DNA of 36,636 nucleotides, from positions 1-36,636 of the forward strand of contig JBJTUJ010000144.1 of assembly GCA_046080685.1 (NCBI GenBank), written 5' to 3'. The position numbers were made by a program, and so were the translations under genes. Every line of letters begins with the position of its first letter. Positions within the stretch are counted from its first letter, which is position 1. Origin of the DNA: Cyanobium sp. (GTDB lineage: Bacteria > Cyanobacteriota > Cyanobacteriia > PCC-6307 > Cyanobiaceae). Below, in pieces: positions 1 through 9,313 of this stretch. The notes beneath the pieces are model-generated. The model did no database searches and was not told where the DNA came from. It saw only the letters and a list, made by a program, of their open reading frames with translations.

Positions 1-272
1 GAGGGGCTGTTCGGCTACTTCCCCTCCTACGCCGTGGGGCACCTGGTGAGCGCCCAGCTGGCTGAGGCGATGGAACGGGATCTCGGTCCGATCGAGGAGC
101 GCCTGCGGCGCGGCGAGGATCAGACCGTGTTCGACTGGCTGGCGGAGCGGGTCTGGCCGCTGGGCCGGAGCGTGGAGGCCGGCGAACTGGTGGAGCTGGT
201 GAGCGGGGTCTCCTCACGGCGGCGCCGTTCCTCACCTATCTGGAGGGGAAGCTGGAGCGGCTCGCAGGCTGA
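1..272 (+). CDS. Carboxypeptidase M32 (Taq-like), C-terminal part; 5'-truncated by the window, apparent -1 frameshift at about 205-213
   Basis: Frame 1 reads EGLFGYFPSYAVGHLVSAQL (M32 GYFPSY motif). The expected tail LTAAPFLTYLEGKLERLAG* lies in frame 3 (213-272, TGA at 270-272). Confidence 0.8.
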
Positions 273-332
273 CCGCCGGAGCGATGGGTCGCCCGTGACG
301 CTTCGTAAGATGCCGCCGCGCAATCCGATCCC

Positions 333-920
333 ATGGCGAACATCGACCACGCACCGAGCCGCACGATGCTCAATCTCCTGCACGTGCTGCCGGCCTTCGC
401 CGACGAGGCGGAGCTGCGGCTGAACGCCATCGTGGAGCTCAACTCCGGCACGATCAACAAGTACGAACTGATCACCGAGTCCGGCCAGCTGAAGCTCGAT
501 CGGGTGGGCTACTCCTCGCTCGCCTATCCCTTCGCCTACGGCTGCATCCCCCGCACCTGGGACGAGGACGGCGACCCGCTCGACATCGAGATTGTGGGCG
601 TCACCGAACCCCTGGTCCCCGGCTCCGTGGTGGAGGCCCGCATCATCGGCATCATGAAATTCGACGATGGCGGCGAGGTCGACGACAAGGTGATCGCCGT
701 GCTGGCCGACGACAAGCGCATGGACCACATCACCAGTTACAGCCAGCTCGGTGAGCACTGGCTCAAGGAAACCCAGTACTACTGGGAGCACTACAAGGAC
801 CTGAAGAAGCCGGGCACCTGCAGGGTCAATGGCTTCTTCGACACGGCCGAGGCCGTTCGGATCGTCAAGGAGTGCGAAGCGCGCTATACCACCACGATCG
901 ACCCCAAACTGGTGGGCTGA
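333..920 (+). CDS. ppa: Soluble inorganic pyrophosphatase (family I)
   Basis: NKYE, LDRV, YPFAYG, intact DEDGDPLD signature, DDK and YKDL motifs. Confidence 0.93.
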   Translation: MANIDHAPSRTMLNLLHVLPAFADEAELRLNAIVELNSGTINKYELITESGQLKLDRVGYSSLAYPFAYGCIPRTWDEDGDPLDIEIVGVTEPLVPGSVVEARIIGIMKFDDGGEVDDKVIAVLADDKRMDHITSYSQLGEHWLKETQYYWEHYKDLKKPGTCRVNGFFDTAEAVRIVKECEARYTTTIDPKLVG

Positions 921-957
921 TCCCCCCGTTGTTCCTCCCGACCTCTCCCCTCCAGCC

Positions 958-1578
958 ATGACCTCGCCCCGGAACACCTTCCTGCGCGCCCTGATCGCCC
1001 CCCTCAGCGGCGGGGCCCTCCTGCTCGCCGGTCCCCTCGGGGCGGCGGAGATTCCTGTTGCCACTGCCAGCAGCCGCAACCTCGGTGCCCCCCTGAGCGC
1101 CCCACCGCCGGTCCCCACCGCAGCCCCCGCCGCCGGCGGCAGCACCGCCACTCCTGCCACCGCGGCCGTCACCAACACCAGGCAGATCGTGCTCGAACTG
1201 CGCAAGCGCACGATCAGCCTCGTGGACAACGGCAAGGTGGTGGGCAGCTGGCCGGTCGCCGTGGGGGATCCCGCCACCCCCACCCCCACCGGGAAGTTCA
1301 AGGTGCTCAACAAGATCGTCAATCCCCAGTATCAGAGCACCAAAACCGGCAGGAACAATCCCACAATCGGCCCCCAGGGGCCGCTGGGCGACCGCTGGAT
1401 CGGCTTCCACACCACCGAAAAGGACCAGTTCGGCATCCACGGCACCCCCACCGCCTGGGAATGGACCGTGAAGGGGAGGGAGGCAGTGTCCCATGGCTGC
1501 GTGCGCATGCTCACGCCCCATGTGCGCCAGCTCTTCGACCAGGTCGATCTCGGCACCCCGGTGGTGGTGAAGCCCTGA
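958..1578 (+). CDS. L,D-transpeptidase (YkuD/ErfK family), probably secreted
   Basis: Signal-like N-terminus from ATG 958, Pro/Ala linker, TPTGKFKV, GIHGT and catalytic SHGCVRM motif. Confidence 0.9.
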   Translation: MTSPRNTFLRALIAPLSGGALLLAGPLGAAEIPVATASSRNLGAPLSAPPPVPTAAPAAGGSTATPATAAVTNTRQIVLELRKRTISLVDNGKVVGSWPVAVGDPATPTPTGKFKVLNKIVNPQYQSTKTGRNNPTIGPQGPLGDRWIGFHTTEKDQFGIHGTPTAWEWTVKGREAVSHGCVRMLTPHVRQLFDQVDLGTPVVVKP

Positions 1579-1716
1579 GGCGAACCGCCGGACAGGGCGT
1601 GCGGAGAGCGGAAGAGATTCTGCAAATCCGCCCCTGATCGCTCGGGCTGGTAGGTATTGACCCCTAGGGTTAGGCCATCGCCCGGCGCTGTGCCCACGGG
1701 CCACCGCGCACCCGCC

Positions 1717-1905
1717 ATGTCAGACCGTCACTCGGGTCCTGCTCCGATCTCCCATCTCTCCCATCCGCCCCACAACACCGCCCTGAAGTGGCGGCACGAC
1801 GGGGAACTATCCCGTCTCGACCTTGAGCGGATCCTTGCTCTGCTGACTCAGGTGGATCCGGTTGCCGAGGCCCTGATGTCCCCCAGCCCCAGCCCAGAGA
1901 ACTGA
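1717..1905 (+). CDS. Small hypothetical protein (62 aa)
   Basis: ATG at 1717; helical core LKWRHDGELSRLDLERILALL; it fills an otherwise empty gap. Confidence 0.55.
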   Translation: MSDRHSGPAPISHLSHPPHNTALKWRHDGELSRLDLERILALLTQVDPVAEALMSPSPSPEN

Positions 1906-3938
1906 AGCCTGCGGGCCAGAGCCCGGGCCATGCCATCCCGGCTCGCCAGTCCCCTCAAGGCCACCAGCGGCAGCCCAGCGGCAGGCAGACCGTGGGGCAG
2001 ATGGCCAGCGATGCCGGAGGGAACGTCAAACACCGGGATCTGGCGCAGACGCTCGGGGGTGAGCTGGTCCTCCAGCTGATCGAGGCGCGCCGTCACCGGC
2101 AGCCAGACCAGTTCACCGCGGCGGCAGTCGCCCAGGTTCACCGGGGAGGATGAATCCTCAGCTGCGGCCAGACCCCGCTGAAGGTCGGCCAGGGTCACCA
2201 GACCAACGGCAAGGGGGCCCTCACCGACGATCAGGCAGTGGCCATGGCTATCGATCAGGCGTCCCAGTGCCTGCTCTGCCGCCATCTCAGCCGGCAGCAC
2301 CAACGGAGCGTCCGGTTCAAGGGCCTCGGGCACGGGGATCGCCGCCAGCCTGCCCCGCCGCTGTTCCTCCATCGGATCAGCACCCAGCAGTCCGGGGTCC
2401 TGCACCCCCTGCCACCGTTCCACCAGCGCCGCGCTGAGGCCGGCAGCCGCCATCAGTGGCAGCACGATGCGGATGTCACGGGTGAGTTCGAACAGCAGCA
2501 GCAGGGCTGTGAGCGGTGCCCGTGCGCTGCCCGCCAGCACCGCGGCCATGCCCACCATCGCGTAGGCCGGCGGCTCGGCTACCGGCAGATGCAGGCCCCC
2601 CTCGCCGAGAAGCTGACCGTAGGCATTGCCGAGCACCGCCCCGAGAAACAGGGAAGGGGCGAATCCCCCGCCCACGAATCCGGTGGCGTTGCTGACTGTT
2701 GTGGCGAGCAGCTTGACGCCGATCAGCGCCATCAGGGTGAACAGGGGAATGCCGCCGTCGGTGCCGAGCAGAGCTTCGATCGTGTCGTACCCCACCCCGA
2801 GCACCTGGGGAAAGGCGAGGGCCATGGCCCCCACCGCCGCTCCCCCGACCGCCGTGGGCAGACCGGGGGGAAGGCGGCTCAGCACCGCCTGGAGGCGTGG
2901 ATCCCGGCCCAGGCCCAGCAGCCGAACCAGCGCCAGCGACATCACGCTGGCCAGCACACCCAGCACCAGATAAAGGGGGAGCTCCCAGGGAGACCGCACC
3001 TCGTAGGCCGGAAGCCGCAGGATCGGTGTATCACCGAGGCAGAGCTGGGTGACCAGGGCCGAGGCCACCGCCGCCACCAGCACGGCCCGCAGGCTCGGCC
3101 GGCCCGGCACCGAGCTGAAGCTGCCCTCGAAAGCAAAGAACACCCCAGCGATCGGGGCCTTGAATCCGGCCGCCAGACCGGCCGCCACGCCGGCCGCCAC
3201 CAGGGCCTTGCGCGACTCGGGGGAGAGCCGGCCCTCCTGTGCCACCCACAGGCCGATGTTGCCGCCACTCTCCACGCTCGGCCCCTCGGGACCGAGGGAG
3301 GCCCCGCTGCCGAGGCTGAGGGAGGCGGCAACCAGCCGCAGCAGCGGCAGGCGGGGAACGCCAGCGAGGGCACTATCGGCCATCGCCATCAGGCTCGGGA
3401 GACCCGGACCGAGATTGCCGCCGAGCTTGCGCAGCAGCCCCACGGCCAGCCCGCCGAGGGTGGGGACGACCACCACCGGCCATAGAGCCAGCCAGTCGGG
3501 GAGTGTCGTTGCATCCACCACCGGGGGAAGCGGCTCGGGCAGGGCCGGTGGGGTGGGGAGGAGGCCGATGCCGCCGAGCCCCAGCTGCAGCAGGGCCTTC
3601 AGGGGGGTGCCGTTGTCCTGATCGAGGGGCGGCAGGTCGACCACCGGCAGATCGGGCGGGGCCAGGGAGGTGGTGGAGGAGCGGCCCACCACGAGCAGTC
3701 CCTCCACGAACGGACCGAAGAGAAAGTTGTTGATGAAGCCCAGCAACTCGTGGAAGCCCACCACCGCCAGACCGGTGAGGGCTCCCACCAATGCAGCCCA
3801 GGCCAGAAGGTTCCACTGGAACGGCAGAGCGCGAAGGTCCCTGGCACCGTCCGGAGGCGGCGGGGGGGCTGACGCGGGAACAGGCTCAGGCCTCGGGCCG
3901 GACGGTGGCAAAGATCTCCTCCAGGATGGCTCCGGCAC
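1848..3938 (-). CDS. ClC family chloride/anion channel-transporter with C-terminal CBS-like domains
   Basis: GPGLP, LGPEGP and GGFAP signature motifs, many transmembrane helices, CBS-like GLVTLADL. The start is uncertain because ATG 3938 overlaps the end of hemC. Confidence 0.9.
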   Translation of the reverse strand: MPEPSWRRSLPPSGPRPEPVPASAPPPPPDGARDLRALPFQWNLLAWAALVGALTGLAVVGFHELLGFINNFLFGPFVEGLLVVGRSSTTSLAPPDLPVVDLPPLDQDNGTPLKALLQLGLGGIGLLPTPPALPEPLPPVVDATTLPDWLALWPVVVVPTLGGLAVGLLRKLGGNLGPGLPSLMAMADSALAGVPRLPLLRLVAASLSLGSGASLGPEGPSVESGGNIGLWVAQEGRLSPESRKALVAAGVAAGLAAGFKAPIAGVFFAFEGSFSSVPGRPSLRAVLVAAVASALVTQLCLGDTPILRLPAYEVRSPWELPLYLVLGVLASVMSLALVRLLGLGRDPRLQAVLSRLPPGLPTAVGGAAVGAMALAFPQVLGVGYDTIEALLGTDGGIPLFTLMALIGVKLLATTVSNATGFVGGGFAPSLFLGAVLGNAYGQLLGEGGLHLPVAEPPAYAMVGMAAVLAGSARAPLTALLLLFELTRDIRIVLPLMAAAGLSAALVERWQGVQDPGLLGADPMEEQRRGRLAAIPVPEALEPDAPLVLPAEMAAEQALGRLIDSHGHCLIVGEGPLAVGLVTLADLQRGLAAAEDSSSPVNLGDCRRGELVWLPVTARLDQLEDQLTPERLRQIPVFDVPSGIAGHLPHGLPAAGLPLVALRGLASRDGMARALARRLQFSGLGLGDIRASATGST

Positions 3939-4851
3939 CCTGCTCCCGCAGACGGCGGGCGAGGGTGATCCCCAGGGCCTCGGGGTCGTTCTGATCCCCT
4001 CGCACCTCGTCGCGGATCAGGCGCTGGCCATCGAGGCTCGCCACCATGCCGGTGAGGATCAGATCCCCAGCATGATCAGGCTCCGCGAAGCAGGTGTTGA
4101 CGCCGATCGGCACCTGACAGCCCCCTTCGAGTTCCCGCAGGAAAGCGCGTTCGGCCAGACAGCGCAGGGCCGTGGGCCGATGCTCAAGCACCTTGATCTG
4201 CTCCAACACCGCCCTGTCACCCTCGCGGCATTCGATACCCAGGGCACCCTGGCCCACGGCATGCAGGGAGATGGACGGGTCGATCAGCTCATGGATGCGA
4301 TCGCCCAGGCCCAGCCGTCCCAGACCGGCAGCGGCCAGGATCAGGCAGTCGAACTCCCCGGAATCCAGCTTCTCCAGGCGGGTGATCACGTTGCCCCGCA
4401 CGTCCTTGAAGCTGAGATGGGGGAAGTGGTGGCGCAGCTGGGCCAGCCGACGCAGGGAGCTGGTGCCCACCACCGCGCCGGCGGGCAGGGTGGCGAGGGT
4501 CTTGTCCCGGTGCTTCTCGTGCACCACCAGGGCATCGGCCGGATCCTCCCGTTCGGTGATGCAGCCCAGCATCAGCCCTTCCGGCAGGTTGGTGGGCAGG
4601 TCCTTGAAGCTGTGGACGGCGATGTCGGCCCGGTCCACCAGCATCTGGGCCTCCAGCTCCTTGGTGAACAGGCCCTTGTCGCCGATCTTGGCCAGGGCCA
4701 CGTCGAGGATCTTGTCCCCCTGGGTGGCCATGGCCTCGATGCTGATCTCCAGCCCGGGGTGCGCCTTGCCCAGTTCATCGCGCACCCAGTGGGTCTGGAC
4801 CATGGCCAGCTGGCTGCGGCGGGAGGCGATGCGCAGATGGGAACCGGCCAT
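3886..4851 (-). CDS. hemC: Hydroxymethylbilane synthase (porphobilinogen deaminase)
   Basis: [36 protein letters not shown] and [10 protein letters not shown] motifs; ATG at 4851. Confidence 0.97.
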   Translation of the reverse strand: MAGSHLRIASRRSQLAMVQTHWVRDELGKAHPGLEISIEAMATQGDKILDVALAKIGDKGLFTKELEAQMLVDRADIAVHSFKDLPTNLPEGLMLGCITEREDPADALVVHEKHRDKTLATLPAGAVVGTSSLRRLAQLRHHFPHLSFKDVRGNVITRLEKLDSGEFDCLILAAAGLGRLGLGDRIHELIDPSISLHAVGQGALGIECREGDRAVLEQIKVLEHRPTALRCLAERAFLRELEGGCQVPIGVNTCFAEPDHAGDLILTGMVASLDGQRLIRDEVRGDQNDPEALGITLARRLREQGAGAILEEIFATVRPEA

Positions 4852-4983
4852 CGGGGTGCTCGGGGGGCAGGGGGACTGCCGAATCACAGCCGCCCAGCCT
4901 AGATAGCCATCGGAGCGGACCGGTCCTGCCACGGGAAGTCGTGATCAGCCGACGCGATCGGCAACCTCGCAGCCGCGATCCGC

Positions 4984-5403
4984 TCAGTCCGCGAAGAAGT
5001 CGAGGGGCAGAGGTCCCCAGGTGTCCTCCAAGGAAGGGTCCTCGGGGTTGTGACCGGTGATCAGGATCCCCTGCCCAAGCCCCCCCTCGGCGCGGAGCAG
5101 CAAGCGGCCGGTGCGCTGGTTACCCTTGAGAAACACCGGCTGCGCCAGGGTTTCCGGATCGGGGCCCGACGGATCGGGCGCCAGGGGAGTCCAGGCCAGT
5201 GCGGCTTCAGTGGCCCGCAGGGCCGCCACGGCATCCGAACCGGAGCCGGCCATCACCCCCACGGTGAACCAGGCACAGGCCGCAAGCCGAGACTCCAGCT
5301 CGGCGCGCAGTTGCTCGCGCAGGGCCGGGCTGAGGGAGGGGGCAGAACGCAGACCGCAGAGACCGGCCAGGCCGGAAAGGTCGGGGGCGGGGATGGCGGT
5401 CAT
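4984..5403 (-). CDS. Conserved cyanobacterial hypothetical protein (DUF1824-like)
   Basis: WFTVGVMA, VFLKGNQRTG and DTWGPLPLDFF resemble DUF1824 proteins (from memory). Confidence 0.7.
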   Translation of the reverse strand: MTAIPAPDLSGLAGLCGLRSAPSLSPALREQLRAELESRLAACAWFTVGVMAGSGSDAVAALRATEAALAWTPLAPDPSGPDPETLAQPVFLKGNQRTGRLLLRAEGGLGQGILITGHNPEDPSLEDTWGPLPLDFFAD

Positions 5404-5445
5404 CGGCGGTGGGCGGGAGCAGCCACCAGGATGCAGGAGCGTGGA

Positions 5446-6138
5446 TCAGGATCGAAGTCGCCTGGCGGAGCGGAACTCCCACACGCTGAAGCCCGCCAGG
5501 CAGAAGCTCAGCCAGGCGAAGCCGACGGCAGCACCGGCAGCCAGGTCGGTCAACCAGTGGGCGCGACAGTAGAGGGTGCTGAGCCATACCAAGGCCACCC
5601 AGCAGCCCGAGGCAACATAAAGAGGACGCCGCAAGTGCGGATAGTGGGCCGAGATCAGTGTGCTGGCAAGGAAATAGAACACCACCGATCCGGCGGCATG
5701 GCCGCTGGGGAAGCTGCGGCCGCTGATGTCCTGCAGCAGTCGCTGGGTGGGCCGGGCACGATCGAAGAGGGGCTTGAGCCAGCGGTCCACGATCAGGAGA
5801 ATGCCGCTGGTTCCGATCACCAGGCAGACCAGTTCGGGCCAGAGCCGCCGCACCACCAGGAATCCCAGAACGCTCAGCACCAGCACGGCCGTGACATGCA
5901 CCCCGCTGGCCTGATACACCAGCAGCAGAAACCTGCCGAAGGCAGCAGGGATGTGCTCGTGCACCCAGGTGAGCACATGTTCATCGAACGGGGGGTGCTC
6001 CCGTTCCACCAGCCCGGGGGCAAAGCCGGCGATGGCGGCCGCCACCAGAGCCGTGAAGGCCAGGCGAAACCAGCCCAGGGCCACCAGCCATTCGCACGCC
6101 AGAGAAGAAACCTGCGCCAGGAAGGACGAACGCCTCAT
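5446..6138 (-). CDS. PAP2-family membrane phosphatase
   Basis: C1 KPLFDRARP, C2 SFPSGH, C3-like STLYCRAHWLTD; multiple TM helices; 4-nt overlap with the upstream gene. Confidence 0.88.
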   Translation of the reverse strand: MRRSSFLAQVSSLACEWLVALGWFRLAFTALVAAAIAGFAPGLVEREHPPFDEHVLTWVHEHIPAAFGRFLLLVYQASGVHVTAVLVLSVLGFLVVRRLWPELVCLVIGTSGILLIVDRWLKPLFDRARPTQRLLQDISGRSFPSGHAAGSVVFYFLASTLISAHYPHLRRPLYVASGCWVALVWLSTLYCRAHWLTDLAAGAAVGFAWLSFCLAGFSVWEFRSARRLRS

Positions 6139-7925
6139 CCGTCATCCCGCCTCTCCGTCAGGCGGGTAGCGGGGAGACGCACCAACCGGTGGCTGCCGAG
6201 GCGGGCCAGGGTGGTCCCATCGGTTGCGGCAAGCCCGAAATCCTTGAGTTCGGCGTCGCTTCCGAGCAGCAGCACCGTTGATGGGGGCGGACCCGATCGT
6301 TGGCGCAGGCCACGACGGGCCCCATCAGGAGCAGACCCGAACAGCACGGGCCGACCGCTGGAATACACGACGCTATAGCGCTTGTAGCCCACCACCAGCA
6401 GGGGTTCGTCGCCCTGGGCCTGCTGACCCGCCAGCCGAGCCAGGTTGCGCACGGGGAGCTGCAGCTCCCGGTCGATCAGCCTGCCGAGCCCCGGCACCAC
6501 CAGGGCCAGAAAGGCGAGCATGGCCGCTGCGTTGGGCCACCAGAGCCGGCGCAGCCCCCGGAATCCCCCCCGCGTCAGCAGGGCCATCGCCACAAGGGCA
6601 GCGGCGCCGAACACGAACGCAAGGGTGGTGGGAAGGCCGGAGGCGGCGACCGCAGCGGCGAAGCCGGGATGGGAGGGATCCCCTCCTGACAGGCGTGGAG
6701 CGACGGCAGCGGCTCCTGCCATCAGGGCGAGCACCAGGGCATTCACCCAGCCGGTGACGCGCACGCCTGCTCCGTCACTGGGGGCGGAATCGAGTGCCGC
6801 CGGGCCGAAGGGCCTGAAGAACAGCCCCACCAGCAGGGCCCCTCCGGGAACCGCCGGCAGGATGTAACCGGGAAGCTTCGTGGCAGCCGCAGAGAAGAAC
6901 AGCACCACCACCGCCAGCCACACCAGGGCGAACAGGGGGAGATCTGAGGCTTCCGGGGGCTGCTGCCGCCATGCGACCCAACCACTGCGGCCACGGGGAA
7001 GGATCCTGGCCACCGCCACCGGCAGGAACAACGACCAGGGGAGGAGCAGGAGCAGCACCCAGGGCAGATAGAACCAGGGGGGGCCCGGATGGTCGTAGAT
7101 CACCGAGGTGAACCGCTCCAGGTTGCTGAATCCGAGAAACCGTGAGAGAAACTCAGCGCCGTTGACCTTGGTGGCCATCGCGTACCAGGGAACCGCCACA
7201 CCGAGAAACAGGGCCGTCATCGACAGCCAGGGCATCTGGCGCAGACTGATCAGGAGCCGGCCCCGCAGCAGCAGAAAAACCCCGATGACCAGGGCCGGCA
7301 GCAGAAGCCCCACCGGTCCCTTGGCCAGCACCGCAATCCCGGCGAACAGGGCCATGCCGACGTGTCCGAGGCGGCGCTCAACGGAGTCCCCGGTTGAGAA
7401 ATGGGCCAGCAGAAAACAGATCAGGGCCAGAGCGATGGCACTCGACAGGAACATGTCGGTGACCGAGGAGCGGCCCCAGCCCACCCAGCCCGGCGAGAGG
7501 GCGAGAACCATGGACACCAGGAACGCGCGGCCGACGGCCCGGCGCTCAGGCTCATGAGCAGGGGCCAGTTTCAGCAGCAGGGCGAAAAGCGCAAGAACGG
7601 TGAGCGTGGCCGACAGAGCGGCCGGCACCCGGGCCGCCCACTCGTAGGGGCCGAACAGCCGGAAACTGAGGCCCACCATCCAGTAGCCCCAGACCGGATA
7701 GTCGAAGAAGAGCTCCCCGTTCCAACGCGGCGTGATCCAATCGCCGCTGTCGGCCATGCCCCGGGCAACCTCCACGAAGAGGGCCTCGGTCTTGTCCATC
7801 AGCCCGAGGCTGTCGAGGCCCTGAAAGAAGGAGATCCAGCAGATCAGCACCAGCAGCAGGAACGCCCCCAGTCGCAGGCGCAGGGAGCCTGCGGAGGCGG
7901 AAGGATCCGGCGGGATGTAGTTCAT
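6135..7925 (-). CDS. ArnT/PMT-like (GT39/GT83) lipid-linked glycosyltransferase
   Basis: MDKTEALFVEVARGM...GDWITPRWNG, AARVP, AVLAKGPVG, HPGPPWFY and TKLPGYILP; polytopic membrane protein. Confidence 0.88.
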   Translation of the reverse strand: MNYIPPDPSASAGSLRLRLGAFLLLVLICWISFFQGLDSLGLMDKTEALFVEVARGMADSGDWITPRWNGELFFDYPVWGYWMVGLSFRLFGPYEWAARVPAALSATLTVLALFALLLKLAPAHEPERRAVGRAFLVSMVLALSPGWVGWGRSSVTDMFLSSAIALALICFLLAHFSTGDSVERRLGHVGMALFAGIAVLAKGPVGLLLPALVIGVFLLLRGRLLISLRQMPWLSMTALFLGVAVPWYAMATKVNGAEFLSRFLGFSNLERFTSVIYDHPGPPWFYLPWVLLLLLPWSLFLPVAVARILPRGRSGWVAWRQQPPEASDLPLFALVWLAVVVLFFSAAATKLPGYILPAVPGGALLVGLFFRPFGPAALDSAPSDGAGVRVTGWVNALVLALMAGAAAVAPRLSGGDPSHPGFAAAVAASGLPTTLAFVFGAAALVAMALLTRGGFRGLRRLWWPNAAAMLAFLALVVPGLGRLIDRELQLPVRNLARLAGQQAQGDEPLLVVGYKRYSVVYSSGRPVLFGSAPDGARRGLRQRSGPPPSTVLLLGSDAELKDFGLAATDGTTLARLGSHRLVRLPATRLTERRDDG

Positions 7926-8012
7926 CGAAGCGGATTACCGGATCGAGCGTGCCTGGACCCTAGATCTCGATGCCGCCATCGGCGAAGCCCGGAGCAGCGG
8001 GGCAGGGTGGAT

Positions 8013-9116
8013 TCAGGGGCTGTTCCAGACCAGGCGGGAAGAGGCGGCATAGTTCCACACGAACACCACCAGGATTCCTGCAAGTTGGGCCAGGAGAGTG
8101 TCCTTCGCCACAAAGCTGTAGAAGGCTGAGGCCAGACCCACGTTCGCCAGCACCGGCAGTGAGGCCACCAGCAGAAACTTCAGCAGGCCAGCCAGCAGGG
8201 CCATACCCTTGAGCCGCAGGAAGCGGAAGGTGAAGGCATTGTTGACGAGGAAATTGGAAGTGGCGGCCGTGACCACCGCAAAGGGCAGGGACTGCTCAAA
8301 GGACAGGCGGCCAGAAGCCATCAGCAGCTGACAGATCAACAACTGCACCAGCACTCCCAACAGGCCCACCAGCGCGAAGCTGATAGCGCGGCGTGGCAAC
8401 AGCCTCAGGCTGAGGCTGTGGAGAATCGAGATCAGAAAATCCCAGAAGATCGCGACATCCAACTTCGAGCTGCCGTGGATGCGCGGCTGGAAGGTCAGTG
8501 GAATCTCCCCAACCCTCAACCTCCCCCCGCTCACGGCGAGAAGCTCATAGAGAAATTTGAAACCGTGCACATCCACCCGGCGCACCAGGGGGAGAACGGC
8601 ATCCAGCCGCAACGCCAGGAAGCCGCTCATCAGATCGGTGAGGTGGCCGTAGGCCCGCGGGAGGCTGAAGCGGGCCGCTCGGTTCGCCCAGGCGGATCCT
8701 GATTCACGCCGTCCGCTCAGACCGAGGATGGAGGCCTCGGGATGGAAACGGCTGCCGATCACCAGGTCATAGGAACCGTCCTGCAAGGTTTCCAGAGCCC
8801 GCAGCACACTGCCGGGTTCGTGCTGGCCATCGCTGTCCATCACCACCGCCAGATCCCCGGTGGCATCGAGAAGCCCCTCCTTGATGGCACTGGCCAGGCC
8901 CGCCCGTCCTACCCTGCGGATCAGGCGAAGACAGGGCTCCTGATGGGCCAGGTCCCGCACCAGCTCAGACGTGCCGTCGGCCGAGTCGTCATCCACCACC
9001 AGAATCTCGAGGTCGTACTGGTGACGAAGCGGCAACAACTGGGCCAGAAGTGGCTTGATGTTGTCCCGCTCGTTGTAGGTGGGCAGTACGACCGACAGCC
9101 TGACTGGGGAGGACAT
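8013..9116 (-). CDS. GT2 polyprenol-phosphate glycosyltransferase fused to a GtrA flippase-like domain
   Basis: SVVLPTYNE, VVDDDSADGT, MDSDGQH, DLMSGF, R..GSSKL; four C-terminal TM helices ending VWNY. Confidence 0.9.
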   Translation of the reverse strand: MSSPVRLSVVLPTYNERDNIKPLLAQLLPLRHQYDLEILVVDDDSADGTSELVRDLAHQEPCLRLIRRVGRAGLASAIKEGLLDATGDLAVVMDSDGQHEPGSVLRALETLQDGSYDLVIGSRFHPEASILGLSGRRESGSAWANRAARFSLPRAYGHLTDLMSGFLALRLDAVLPLVRRVDVHGFKFLYELLAVSGGRLRVGEIPLTFQPRIHGSSKLDVAIFWDFLISILHSLSLRLLPRRAISFALVGLLGVLVQLLICQLLMASGRLSFEQSLPFAVVTAATSNFLVNNAFTFRFLRLKGMALLAGLLKFLLVASLPVLANVGLASAFYSFVAKDTLLAQLAGILVVFVWNYAASSRLVWNSP

Positions 9117-9259
9117 CGGTAAAGGAAGAACTGAAGCCGGCGTCAGTGGGTGGCAATCAGCACCGGAAGGACCAGCTTACCGATGACAGCGAGGCACCAC
9201 TCTGGGAGCAACGGCACTCAGGGAGAGCCGAAATAAAACGTGCCAAGTGAGAAGAATCT

Positions 9260-9282
9260 GGGGTGGTAACCGGCACCACCCC
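9260..9282 (-). terminator. Probable intrinsic terminator of rpoD
   Basis: Perfect 8-bp stem GGGGTGGT/ACCACCCC with a 7-nt loop, about 30 nt past the rpoD stop, followed by AGATTCTTCT on the minus strand. Confidence 0.6.
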
Positions 9283-9313
9283 TCCTGCATCGGGTCGGAA
9301 GCTGCTTCAGAAG

